This document shows, piece after piece, positions 7,711 through 16,443 of a DNA stretch of 21,720 nt. The notes beneath the pieces are model-generated. The model had not been told where the DNA came from, did no database searches, and saw nothing but the letters and a program-made list of their open reading frames with translations. The translations under genes and the position numbers were made by a program. This DNA is from a bacterium. GTDB taxonomy: Bacteria > SZUA-182 > DTGQ01. Position 1 is the stretch's first letter; each line of letters opens with the position of its first letter. The stretch covers positions 1 to 21,720 of the forward strand of contig JBFMGO010000102.1 in the NCBI GenBank assembly GCA_040752695.1, given 5' to 3'.

Positions 7711-7841
7711 TAGATTTCCAGCAATTGATATGCACTTGGAAATCCCCTTAAGAACCCCTTCTCGAAAAGGGAAAGATATATCCCCTTATATATAAAGGGG
7801 AAAATAGAGGGGATCGTTGCAAATATCTGCCTGGAAATCTA
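7711..7841 (-). ncRNA. Candidate structured leader RNA / sRNA (unassigned family)
   Basis: Nested complementarity: perfect 11-bp outer stem 7711-7721/7831-7841, inner stem 7742-7748/7808-7814, and two internal hairpins 7755-7772 and 7781-7801. Begins just downstream of the predicted promoter. Confidence 0.45.
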
Positions 7842-7856
7842 AAAAATTATAATTTA

Positions 7857-7885
7857 ACAATACCAGGCGAGAGCCTTTTTGTCAA
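7857..7885 (-). promoter_or_regulatory. Putative sigma70 promoter for the repeat protein-exbB-exbD-tonB operon
   Basis: Minus strand TTGACA (7885-7880), 17-bp spacer, TATTGT (7862-7857) preceded by TGn. A second TATAAT lies at 7851-7846. Confidence 0.6.
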
Positions 7886-8049
7886 GAGGTTAAGAGTGGC
7901 TTTCCTGCAGTTTCTCATACGTGGTTTCAAAGAAGAATCACAGAATCGAGGGCGGAACCCGGAAAGTGAAATGGTGGCATAAAAACTCGTAGCTCGCAAC
8001 CGGAGATTCGTGAATTAAATTTTTATTGAGAGCAATTATTTAATTATTG

Positions 8050-8058
8050 TGCTATAAT
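8050..8058 (+). promoter_or_regulatory. Extended -10 promoter element for the hydrolase gene
   Basis: TGcTATAAT in an AT-rich context about 40 bp upstream of ATG 8099. Confidence 0.5.
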
Positions 8059-8098
8059 ATTTATGTTCAATTAATTAACGATACGGGGGGATTCAATA

Positions 8099-9292
8099 AT
8101 GATTAGAGCGAGTGGAATGAGAATAATGAACATACTATGCACAATAAGTGGTATAAGTATCATAAATGCAGTAACCATGAGACGAAATATACATATCGTA
8201 CCTATCATTTTATTTATGACCTTCATGATAGGCTTATCGCCGGTACAGGCCGCTGTTGCACCGGACCAGCCGCCGGAAGGTCCGGGCGGCGCGGATTACA
8301 CTTGCAGCAAGGTTATCAAGACAGTACACGGCTCCGATGATTTAACCTATTACCTGTTCGAACCGGATGGGCCCAGGCCGGAGACTGCACCAGTGATAGT
8401 TTTCATCCATGGGTGGGGAGGGTCCAACCCGGATTATTACGATACATGGATAGAGCATCTGGTCAGGAAGGGTAATATCGTTATTTATCCGGTATATCAA
8501 TCCTGGAGTTCCCTGTTTACCAGTAACAGATATACCTCAAACTGCATCCAGGCAATTGTGGATGCGATTGAGCTGCTTCAAAACCAGGCCCAAAATCAGG
8601 CCCAAGACCAGAGTCAAAACCAGGGCCAGGGCCACCCCAAAGCGGACCTTGACAAATTTGCCGTAGTGGGGCATTCAGTTGGCGGGATACTGGCCCTCAA
8701 TGTCGCTGCACTGGCCCGGCAATCCGGCCTGCCTGTCCCAAAGGCGATCATGTCGGTCGAGCCAAGGATGGTACCGATGCTGTCCATGGAGGACTTGTCA
8801 GCGATACCGTCCCGGACCCTGTTTCTGGTGGTTGCGGCTGACCGGGATTTTTTGTCAGCCGATGACTCAGTCATGGTCTTTCGCTCTGTCAGCCGGGTGC
8901 CGTTTGAAAACAAAGACTTTATCATTATAATATCGGATAACTACGGGCAGCCGTCTCTGATAGCCGATCACCTGGCTCCTACCTGTAACGCTACGGGGAG
9001 TGCCGGATTCATAGGAGGCGTCGATACCAATGCCCTTGATTATTATGGCACATGGAAGCTGTTTGACGCGCTTACTGACGCGGCATTTTATGGCACGAAC
9101 CGGGAGTATGCGCTTGGCAACACTCCCCAGCAGAGGTACATGGGGAATTGGAGTGATGGCACGCCGGTAAAGGAATTGGTCGTCACCGATCGTCCCCGTT
9201 CGAGGCAAAAAGGAAGGTTGACGACCCCTACTCCACGGTCAAGGTACCGGGAGCGACAAAGTATGGAGTCTGAACATCAGGGTGGCTCTTGA
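8099..9292 (+). CDS. Secreted alpha/beta-hydrolase (chlorophyllase/cutinase-like esterase)
   Basis: PVIVFIHGWGG oxyanion motif, nucleophile elbow VVGHSVGG, candidate catalytic Asp (ADRD) and His (ADHLAP). Signal peptide ending VQA|A. True start may be ATG 8177. Confidence 0.88.
   Translation: MIRASGMRIMNILCTISGISIINAVTMRRNIHIVPIILFMTFMIGLSPVQAAVAPDQPPEGPGGADYTCSKVIKTVHGSDDLTYYLFEPDGPRPETAPVIVFIHGWGGSNPDYYDTWIEHLVRKGNIVIYPVYQSWSSLFTSNRYTSNCIQAIVDAIELLQNQAQNQAQDQSQNQGQGHPKADLDKFAVVGHSVGGILALNVAALARQSGLPVPKAIMSVEPRMVPMLSMEDLSAIPSRTLFLVVAADRDFLSADDSVMVFRSVSRVPFENKDFIIIISDNYGQPSLIADHLAPTCNATGSAGFIGGVDTNALDYYGTWKLFDALTDAAFYGTNREYALGNTPQQRYMGNWSDGTPVKELVVTDRPRSRQKGRLTTPTPRSRYRERQSMESEHQGGS
8579..8632 (+). 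repeat. In-frame 12-bp repeat encoding QNQAQNQAQDQSQNQGQG
   Basis: CAAAACCAGGCC CAAAATCAGGCC CAAGACCAGAGT CAAAACCAGGGC CAGGGC. Confidence 0.85.
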
Positions 9293-10397
9293 GAAGGTGG
9301 TACATTTTCAGAAGATCTTTCATGTCCAGGTAGCGCTGTCCGGGAGGTTTTCGGGCCAGCCGGGTGCCAAGCTGGGCGTCCTGCTCGAAAGCCCTGCATG
9401 CCTGCGATACATCGCAAATCGGCAGGCCGCAGTATTCAAAGAGGGATTTGACCATCTCCTGAGGGTTGGCTATCAGGTCCTCATAGCGGAGGCTGACCAT
9501 CGGAATCCCCTGCCGGTAAAAGAGCAGGTAGCGGTGCATAACCGACAGCCACATGATGAGCAGCAAGCCCATGCTGCCAAAATCCGTATAGATCCTGGAG
9601 GGATAATTCCGGATCAGGGGAATCAGGCGGCTCAGCATTTTTTTTCTCCGAGCCACGAAGACGCGCAGCAGAAACCGAGCCATTACCGAGGTTTTCCCTG
9701 CCCGCAGCATCCAGCCCCAGACCCCCAATGGTCCAAAAGCGCGAATGAGAGACTCGACGACGTCTTCCGCATTCCGGTAAAGAAAAATAATTCTGGCCTG
9801 AGGAAACATGCTGTATATGAGATCCCCAATCTCGATAACAAAGCTGCGGAACTTGACTACCAGGCAGGGGATCCTGATACCCGATGCGGGGTTGACAAGA
9901 AAGCGGGTGCAACTGAGGAGAAGTTCCGCCAGATCGCGATCGCGGCTTCCGTCCGGGTTTCTCAAAGTCACGATCTGGGTAAAAACATCAGGCTCGGACA
10001 GGCTGATGACCTCAGGCAAACGGTTGAATACCTTACTGAGAAGGGTAGATCCGCAACGCCCTACCGAGTAGATGAGAACAAGGGTCCCGAACGGATCCCC
10101 CGCCTCTTTAGCCAATTGATGAAAATCTTCATAAGGCACGGCGATCAGCCGGAGTGCATGTTGAAACTGGGCCTGATAATAGAAAGGGGCTTCGGAAAGA
10201 TCAATGTCCGGCGGGACTTCAACAAAGATCGCCCGGCCCTTCGAGTCATCCAGGCAATATAAGCTCAGGTTGGGGTTATTCACGATGATTCCCGAGTCAA
10301 CACTTTCACCCTCCTGGTAGCGGAAATTATGCACATTGACGAGAGATTCGGCGGCAATGTTGAGTTTTCTTTTGATGTGAAGAACCTTTGCAGCCAT
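9228..10397 (-). CDS. PAPS-dependent sulfotransferase-family protein
   Basis: 5'-PSB loop SVGRCGSTLL, SLSEP, 3'-PB motif FLYRNAEDVVES, and LRYEDL. ATG 10397 has a GGAGG RBS (alternative ATG 10412). Confidence 0.85.
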   Translation of the reverse strand: MAAKVLHIKRKLNIAAESLVNVHNFRYQEGESVDSGIIVNNPNLSLYCLDDSKGRAIFVEVPPDIDLSEAPFYYQAQFQHALRLIAVPYEDFHQLAKEAGDPFGTLVLIYSVGRCGSTLLSKVFNRLPEVISLSEPDVFTQIVTLRNPDGSRDRDLAELLLSCTRFLVNPASGIRIPCLVVKFRSFVIEIGDLIYSMFPQARIIFLYRNAEDVVESLIRAFGPLGVWGWMLRAGKTSVMARFLLRVFVARRKKMLSRLIPLIRNYPSRIYTDFGSMGLLLIMWLSVMHRYLLFYRQGIPMVSLRYEDLIANPQEMVKSLFEYCGLPICDVSQACRAFEQDAQLGTRLARKPPGQRYLDMKDLLKMYHLLKSHPDVQTPYFVAPGTLTVE

Positions 10398-10644
10398 AGA
10401 TGTATCCTCCATGAAGATTTATCATGCTTAAAAATCACCCCGCCTGAAGCTCAAAACCTAACTCAAAAGCCCTCTGTTGAAAATCCCTCCATCCACCTTT
10501 GGAAAAGGAAGGAAGAGATATTTTGGTATAGACATATCAGAAGTTACTTTCGGTTTATCTGCTCTTTTCTCATGACCAGGAAAATGATTATGTTTTTGTA
10601 AAAGTACCGGTAAAGGTATCGGTGAACGGACCTTGTCTTTTCGG

Positions 10645-10673
10645 TTGACATGACCGCTTTGAAAGCATATCAT
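10645..10673 (+). promoter_or_regulatory. Putative sigma70 promoter for ettA
   Basis: TTGACA (10645-10650), 17-bp spacer, TATCAT (10668-10673). Confidence 0.6.
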
Positions 10674-10779
10674 AATGCTCCCCGTGAAGGATAACGAGAT
10701 GCATTGTGGGGAGGGGTCTTCAAAGCTCTGTCGCGGGGACAGGTTTTTAAGCTCTTTCGGCGCATTTCCCAAAGGATGT

Positions 10780-10885
10780 TAATAATAAGGAACAATAAAA
10801 AGAATAGTAAGAAACAGCAAATAAAACAGTAAAATATTAGTAAAACACCGGTAAAATGCCGGTAAAAACAATAGATAAAAAATTC
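10780..10885. repeat. A-rich degenerate ~11-12-bp tandem array in the ettA leader
   Basis: Recurring (A/G)GTAAAA / AATAAAA units, e.g. CAGTAAAATATTAGTAAAACACCGGTAAAATGCCGGTAAAAAC. Confidence 0.55.
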
Positions 10886-10937
10886 CATACAAAAAACCTA
10901 TTAAATCCCATTTGCCAGGAGGCATCGGAAACCGAAG

Positions 10938-12626
10938 ATGAGCAACAACGTACCAAATAAGGTCATTTATTCAATGATTGGAGTCAGTAAGTATTACGGA
11001 AAGAAAGCGGTTCTCAAGGATATTTATCTTTCTTACTTCTACGGCGCCAAGATTGGTGTTATTGGATTGAATGGATCGGGGAAAAGCTCACTGCTGCGAA
11101 TCCTGGCCGGAGTCGATAAGGATTTTCTCGGCAAGACCGTTCTTTCTCCCGGCCACACAATCGGGTTTCTCGAACAGGAGCCGCATCTTGACGAGTCAAA
11201 AACGGTCAGAGAGATAGTCGAGGAGGGTGTCCAGGAAACGGTTGATCTGCTCAAAGAGTATGAAAAGATCACCGAGAGATTTTCCGAACCGATGTCGGAC
11301 GATGAAATGACTTCGCTTCTCGATCGCCAGGGTGTAGTGCAGGAAAAACTCGATGCCCTCAATGCATGGGATCTTGACAGCAGGCTCGATATGGCCATGG
11401 ATGCCTTACGGTGTCCGGCGGGCTCAACACCGGTCAAGGTGGTTTCGGGCGGGGAAAGACGGCGTGTAGCCCTTTGCCGTCTTTTGCTTCAGCAGCCGGA
11501 TATCCTGCTTCTTGACGAGCCGACCAACCACCTCGATGCCGAGTCGGTCGCCTGGCTTGAGCAGCACCTTCAGCGCTATCCCGGCACCGTCATTGCCGTG
11601 ACCCACGACCGTTACTTTCTCGACAATGTGGCAGGATGGATTCTTGAACTGGATCGCGGTGCAGGCATTCCCTGGCAGGGCAACTACTCATCCTGGCTCG
11701 AGCAGAAGCAGGTGCGCCTGCGGCAGGAGGAGAAGTCGGAAACCGAGCGACAGAAAACCCTACAGCGAGAGCTCGAATGGATACGGATGACGCCCAAGGG
11801 CCGCAGTGCGAAAAGCAAGGCACGCATCAATTCCTACGAGACTCTCTTGAGCCAGGAGGTTGAAAAGCGTGCAGACGAACTCGAGATCTACATCCCCGCC
11901 GGCCCGAGGCTGGGAAAAGTGGTCATTGAGGCCGATGGCATCAGCAAGGCATATGCTGAGCGGCTCCTTATGGATAATCTGTCCTTCTCCCTGCCTCCTG
12001 GTGGAATTGTGGGCGTCATCGGACCTAATGGCGCAGGAAAAACAACTCTCTTCAAGATGATCACCGGACAGGAGCAGCCTGACAGCGGAAACATCCGTAT
12101 CGGAGAAACTGCCAGTCTGGCCTATGTCGATCAGAGCCGTAATATACTCAATCCCGACAAAACGGTCTGGGAAGAGGTCTCGGACGGCATCGATACCATC
12201 CAACTGGGAAGCAGGCAAGTCAATTCACGGGCCTATGTTGCCAGGTTTAACTTTTCAGGCTCGGATCAGCAAAAGAAAATCGGCTCACTTTCCGGCGGTG
12301 AGAGGAACAGGGTCCATCTGGCGAAGATGCTCAAGGAGGGAGCCAACGTCCTGCTCCTTGACGAACCGACCAACGACCTCGATGTCAACACCCTGCGGGC
12401 CCTTGAAGAAGCGCTCGAAAACTTCGCCGGCTGCGCCGTGGTGATCAGCCACGACCGCTGGTTTCTCGACCGGATAGCCACGCATATCCTCGCTTTTGAG
12501 GGCGACAGCAAGGTTGTCTGGTTTCAGGGCAACTACTCCGATTATGAGGCGGATCGAAGGGCACGGCTTGGCTCGGCAGCGGATCAGCCCCATCGGATCA
12601 GATACCGCCAGCTCACCCGAAGCTGA
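10938..12626 (+). CDS. ettA: Energy-dependent translational throttle protein EttA (ABC-F ATPase)
   Basis: Two ABC domains ([53 protein letters not shown]) with no TM segments. EttA signatures [20 protein letters not shown] and [18 protein letters not shown]. Confidence 0.97.
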   Translation: MSNNVPNKVIYSMIGVSKYYGKKAVLKDIYLSYFYGAKIGVIGLNGSGKSSLLRILAGVDKDFLGKTVLSPGHTIGFLEQEPHLDESKTVREIVEEGVQETVDLLKEYEKITERFSEPMSDDEMTSLLDRQGVVQEKLDALNAWDLDSRLDMAMDALRCPAGSTPVKVVSGGERRRVALCRLLLQQPDILLLDEPTNHLDAESVAWLEQHLQRYPGTVIAVTHDRYFLDNVAGWILELDRGAGIPWQGNYSSWLEQKQVRLRQEEKSETERQKTLQRELEWIRMTPKGRSAKSKARINSYETLLSQEVEKRADELEIYIPAGPRLGKVVIEADGISKAYAERLLMDNLSFSLPPGGIVGVIGPNGAGKTTLFKMITGQEQPDSGNIRIGETASLAYVDQSRNILNPDKTVWEEVSDGIDTIQLGSRQVNSRAYVARFNFSGSDQQKKIGSLSGGERNRVHLAKMLKEGANVLLLDEPTNDLDVNTLRALEEALENFAGCAVVISHDRWFLDRIATHILAFEGDSKVVWFQGNYSDYEADRRARLGSAADQPHRIRYRQLTRS

Positions 12627-12654
12627 AACGGTTTTTTTCTTCTTTTCGTTCAGT

Positions 12655-12679
12655 GGAATAAGGGCCGTCCCTTATTTCC
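12655..12679 (+). terminator. Hairpin downstream of ettA, possible terminator
   Basis: AATAAGGG-CCGT-CCCTTATT stem-loop; the U-tract is weak. Confidence 0.35.
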
Positions 12680-12729
12680 TGTGAGAGCTGCTGCATTTTC
12701 CAAAAAGTAAAGCGTATGAAATAAAATTC

Positions 12730-12758
12730 TTTACAAAAGAGAAAACAGTGTGTATAAT
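12730..12758 (+). promoter_or_regulatory. Sigma70 promoter of tRNA-Glu
   Basis: TTTACA (12730-12735), 17-bp spacer, TATAAT (12753-12758), 24 bp before the tRNA. Confidence 0.75.
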
Positions 12759-12782
12759 CCATTCTCACGTTTAGGCCATTAT

Positions 12783-12857
12783 GTCCCCATCGTCTAGCCC
12801 GGTCAAGGACATCGCCCTTTCACGGCGGTAACGGGGGTTCGAATCCCCCTGGGGACG
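12783..12857 (+). tRNA. tRNA-Glu (anticodon TTC), CCA not encoded
   Basis: Acceptor stem GTCCCCA/TGGGGAC, D-arm GTCTAGCCCGGTCAAGGAC, anticodon arm TCGCC-CTTTCAC-GGCGG, T-arm GGGGG-TTCGAAT-CCCCC, discriminator G. Confidence 0.97.
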
Positions 12858-12987
12858 CTCTTACCTTTTTCCCTCCTTAAATAATGAGCTACCGGGGCGA
12901 ATAATAGTCTGCCGGGTGGCCGACTATCCTGAAATTTCTATTTTATCTTAAGTTCCTACCCCGATTTATCGGCCAGGGCTTATATAT

Positions 12988-13067
12988 AAGAACTCATACA
13001 AGAGAATCCCCTGCAAGAGAACATCATACAAGAGAATTTCATACCAAAAAATTTCATACCAAAAAAT
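12988..13067. repeat. 15-bp tandem repeat (~5 copies) downstream of the tRNA
   Basis: AAGAGAATCCCCTGC AAGAGAACATCATAC AAGAGAATTTCATAC CAAAAAATTTCATAC CAAAAAAT. Confidence 0.8.
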
Positions 13068-13282
13068 ATGCCTGGTAACTATCGGTAAAGAACTCCATGG
13101 CTTACCCAAAGCCCGCCTCTTTGAGTAATAAAATATCCGTAATGCTCCAGCTCATTTTCCGATTGAAAAGTAAGGGCTTCACGCGGAAAATGAGATTTTC
13201 GCAGAGGGATGTGAGGGCTGTAGGGAGCGTTGCGTTGAAATAGAGAGAGATTTGGCGTCATACACACCTGAAGGGAAGCGCG

Positions 13283-16200
13283 ATGAAGTATGAGAGTATG
13301 AGATGTCTTGGTATCAAGGATCACTTACTGTGGTTAGGGATTGGGTTGTCGGTATTTTTCGTCATCATCGAATCGGTTCTTTGTTCTTTCGTATTCCACA
13401 AAGGATCTTTTATCAGCCAGTTACTTACGGTGAACCCTCTGGTGATCTGGTCGCGTTTGCTTGTTCTGGGGCTTATCCTTACCTTTGCTGTCTATGCACG
13501 GCTCACTATGGCCAGACGGAGACAGATTGAAGAGGCGCTGCGAAAATCAAAGAGGGAACTGATTATCAGGAACCGGATCGCCGGCATTTTTCTCACTATC
13601 CCCACCGATGCCGAGATATACACGGCAGTGCTGGAGGTGATCTTAAGCGTAACGGAGAGCAAGCGCGGGTACTTTGGTTATATCAACCAGGATGGAGCCC
13701 TTGCCAGTTTCTCTTTAACTAAAGACCCCCGGAATCAGTCTCTGACCTGCAACAAAGAATTGATCTTTTCGAAAGAATCGTGGGAAGGCATCTGGGGGCA
13801 ATCCCTGAAAGAGAAAAAGACCCTGTACTCGAATACCCCTCTTTCCGTTTCTGAAGGGCATCCTGCACTTCTGCGGGCTCTGGCTGTGCCGATCCTTTAT
13901 CAGGATAGTATTATCGGGCAGATTCTGGTAGCTGACAAGGGAGTTGACTATACCAAAGATGATCAGGATCTTTTGGAAATCACTGCCGGCCATATAGCTC
14001 CTATACTCAATACAAGATCGCAAAGGGACAGACAGGAAAAAGAGCGCCGGTGGATGGAACAGACGATTCAGGCATCTCATCTTTTTCTTAAAATTACTAA
14101 CTGGCATACGGAGACAGTTCCTTTACTTGAGGAATTCAGGGATGAAGTTCGAAAATTCACCGGCTGCGAGGCAGCGGGGATCCGCATCCTGGATAATGAG
14201 GGCCGTATTCCCTATCATGTCTATGCGGGCTTCAGCCGGGAATTTTATGAAGAAGAGAGCCCTCTGTCAATCAATTCAGATCAGTGTATGTGTATCGATG
14301 TCATTAAAGGGGCAACGGATCCGAAGTTCTCCTTCTACACAAAAAACGGCTCCTTCTTCATAAATGGTACGACCCGTTTCCTGGCCACGGTTTCGGAAAA
14401 ACAGAAAAGGCAAATCCGCAACAGGTGTAATCAGGCGGGATATGAATCGGTAGCTCTGGTGCCGATCCGACTGCATGAGCAAAATCTTGGGTTGATCCAC
14501 GTGGCCGATCGCCGGGAGAACATGATTCCTTTGAATATGGTAGAGGCGCTGGAGGGAGCGGCACTGCAGTTGGGTGAAGCCATTCAGCGGATACAGGCGG
14601 AGCAGGCGAGTAAATGTGCCTATATGGAACTCAAGCAGATTTTTAATACCGCGGTCGATGGCATGCGGGTAGTTAACAAGGATTTTACCATACTTCGGAT
14701 TAATGAAATGTTTGCTTCACTATCGGGGAGGGGGAGGGATGAGTCACTTGGCAAAAAGTGCTATGAAGTATTTTGGGGTAACCTGTGCCACACTCCCGGT
14801 TGCCCGTTAGCCAGAATCCTCAGCGGTGAAGAGCGTATCGAGTGTGATGTCGAAAAAGAGCGCAGCGATGGCAGCAGAATTTCGTGTATGGTGACAGCGA
14901 CACCGTTTCGCGGGGCACAGGGGGAGTTGATCGGCATTGTCGAGAATTTCAAGGACATCACCGAGCGCAAGCGGACAGAAGGAGAATTGCAAAGGATACG
15001 GAGCGAATTAGAGGTTAAGGTAAAGGAGCGAACCGCCGAGCTTCTCTCAGCAAACAGGGCACTGCAAGAAGAGATCCAAGAGCGCAAAAGGACCGAGGAG
15101 GCGCTGCGCCAGAGCGAAGCCCAGCTTCGTCAATCGCAGAAGATGGAGGCGATCGGCATGCTGGCCGGTGGTGTAGCTCATGACTTTAATAACCTGGTGC
15201 AGGCCATTATGGGCTTTAGTGAGCTTTTGATGGATGGCTGTGTCAGCAGTGAAGAGGTACATGAGTTTGCCGAGGAAATCAAGAGTGCCAGCAGCCGGGC
15301 CGCCATACTGACCCGGCAGCTTCTGGCCTTTGGCCGCAGGCAGATACTCCAGCCGGAGGTATTGAATGTCAATAAGGTTATCGCCAGTACGGAAAAGATG
15401 CTTCGACGCCTCATCGGGGAAGACATCGATCTGGTCACCGATCTTGGATCAGGGCTTGGATCGGTAAAAGCCGATCCGGGGCAAATCGAGCAGGTCATCA
15501 TGAATCTGTCGGTCAATGCCCGCGATGCCATGCCCCGTGGGGGCAGACTCACGATCAGGTCCGATAGTGTGGTCCTGACTGAAAATGAGTGCAGGGTTAT
15601 CCCTGAAGGGCGTCCAGGCACATTTGTCTGCCTGTCAGTAACCGATACGGGATGCGGAATGGACAGAGCGGTGATGGACAGGATCTTTGAGCCATTTTTT
15701 ACCACCAAGGGTCCGGGAAACGGCACAGGGCTCGGTTTATCTACCGTCTACGGCATTATCAAACAGCACGAAGGGTGGATAGATGTCTCCAGCCAGCCTG
15801 GCCAGGGTTCGACTTTCAGGATGTTTCTGCCGGTTTTCTCTGTCAAGCTCCCGGAAAAGAACCATGAACGGGCCTTGCCGCTGCAGGGACTTCAGGGCAA
15901 TGGAGAAAGAATCCTCCTGGTGGAGGATGAGCAGGGCGCCCGTCAATTTGCTGCACAGGCACTTCGGAAAAACGGCTATATCGTGTGTGAGGCTGCCAGT
16001 GCCAGGGAAGCATCGGATATTTTTTCAGCTAGCGGGGATTCTTTTCATCTGGTCTTCAGTGATGTGGTTCTGCCCGATAAGACCGGCATTGAACTGGTTG
16101 ACCATCTCCTTGCCCTCAGACCGGAACAGCCAATTCTGTTTTGCAGCGGTTACACAGACCAGAAGTCACAATGGCCGCTCATATGCAAAAGAAAATTCCG

Positions 16201-16285
16201 GTTTCTCCAAAAGCCTTACCTGTTGGCCGAACTGCTGAGCGCAGTTCAAGAAACCATCAGGCTCAGCAAAGCTCATAGCTCATAA
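13283..16285 (+). CDS. Hybrid sensor histidine kinase (2 TM - GAF - GAF - PAS - HisKA - HATPase - REC)
   Basis: GAF motifs LAVPI...GQILVAD and VALVPI...GLIHVAD; PAS/PAC (GKKCYEVF...CP, FKDITERK); H-box GGVAHDFNN; N-box QVIMNLSVNARDAM; G-boxes DTGCGM, FEPFFTTK, GTGLGLS; receiver ILLVEDE...SDVVLP...QKPY. Confidence 0.95.
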   Translation: MKYESMRCLGIKDHLLWLGIGLSVFFVIIESVLCSFVFHKGSFISQLLTVNPLVIWSRLLVLGLILTFAVYARLTMARRRQIEEALRKSKRELIIRNRIAGIFLTIPTDAEIYTAVLEVILSVTESKRGYFGYINQDGALASFSLTKDPRNQSLTCNKELIFSKESWEGIWGQSLKEKKTLYSNTPLSVSEGHPALLRALAVPILYQDSIIGQILVADKGVDYTKDDQDLLEITAGHIAPILNTRSQRDRQEKERRWMEQTIQASHLFLKITNWHTETVPLLEEFRDEVRKFTGCEAAGIRILDNEGRIPYHVYAGFSREFYEEESPLSINSDQCMCIDVIKGATDPKFSFYTKNGSFFINGTTRFLATVSEKQKRQIRNRCNQAGYESVALVPIRLHEQNLGLIHVADRRENMIPLNMVEALEGAALQLGEAIQRIQAEQASKCAYMELKQIFNTAVDGMRVVNKDFTILRINEMFASLSGRGRDESLGKKCYEVFWGNLCHTPGCPLARILSGEERIECDVEKERSDGSRISCMVTATPFRGAQGELIGIVENFKDITERKRTEGELQRIRSELEVKVKERTAELLSANRALQEEIQERKRTEEALRQSEAQLRQSQKMEAIGMLAGGVAHDFNNLVQAIMGFSELLMDGCVSSEEVHEFAEEIKSASSRAAILTRQLLAFGRRQILQPEVLNVNKVIASTEKMLRRLIGEDIDLVTDLGSGLGSVKADPGQIEQVIMNLSVNARDAMPRGGRLTIRSDSVVLTENECRVIPEGRPGTFVCLSVTDTGCGMDRAVMDRIFEPFFTTKGPGNGTGLGLSTVYGIIKQHEGWIDVSSQPGQGSTFRMFLPVFSVKLPEKNHERALPLQGLQGNGERILLVEDEQGARQFAAQALRKNGYIVCEAASAREASDIFSASGDSFHLVFSDVVLPDKTGIELVDHLLALRPEQPILFCSGYTDQKSQWPLICKRKFRFLQKPYLLAELLSAVQETIRLSKAHSS

Positions 16286-16443
16286 AATACAAAAGGCAGC
16301 CCCAGAGACACAGAAACGAAGAATTAAACTGGATAAATTCTCCCCTTCCTGATACAATCATATTCACTTTGAAAAGTTGAGGTACGGTGGATTTCGGCAC
16401 TTTTGGGAGGGAAATAAGGCATGAAAAAAGGCATCGAGCGACC

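Noticed and set aside
7290..7860. Cobalamin or TPP riboswitch upstream of the TonB system
   Set aside because: No recognisable B12-box (GCCACTG, AGYCAG) arrangement or TPP CTGAGA core on the minus strand by eye.
9282..10262. 326-aa plus-strand ORF
   Set aside because: Antisense shadow of the sulfotransferase, with no motifs. The same applies to 6484-7197, 19868-20521, 2721-3326, 3515-4141 and the other overlapping short ORFs.
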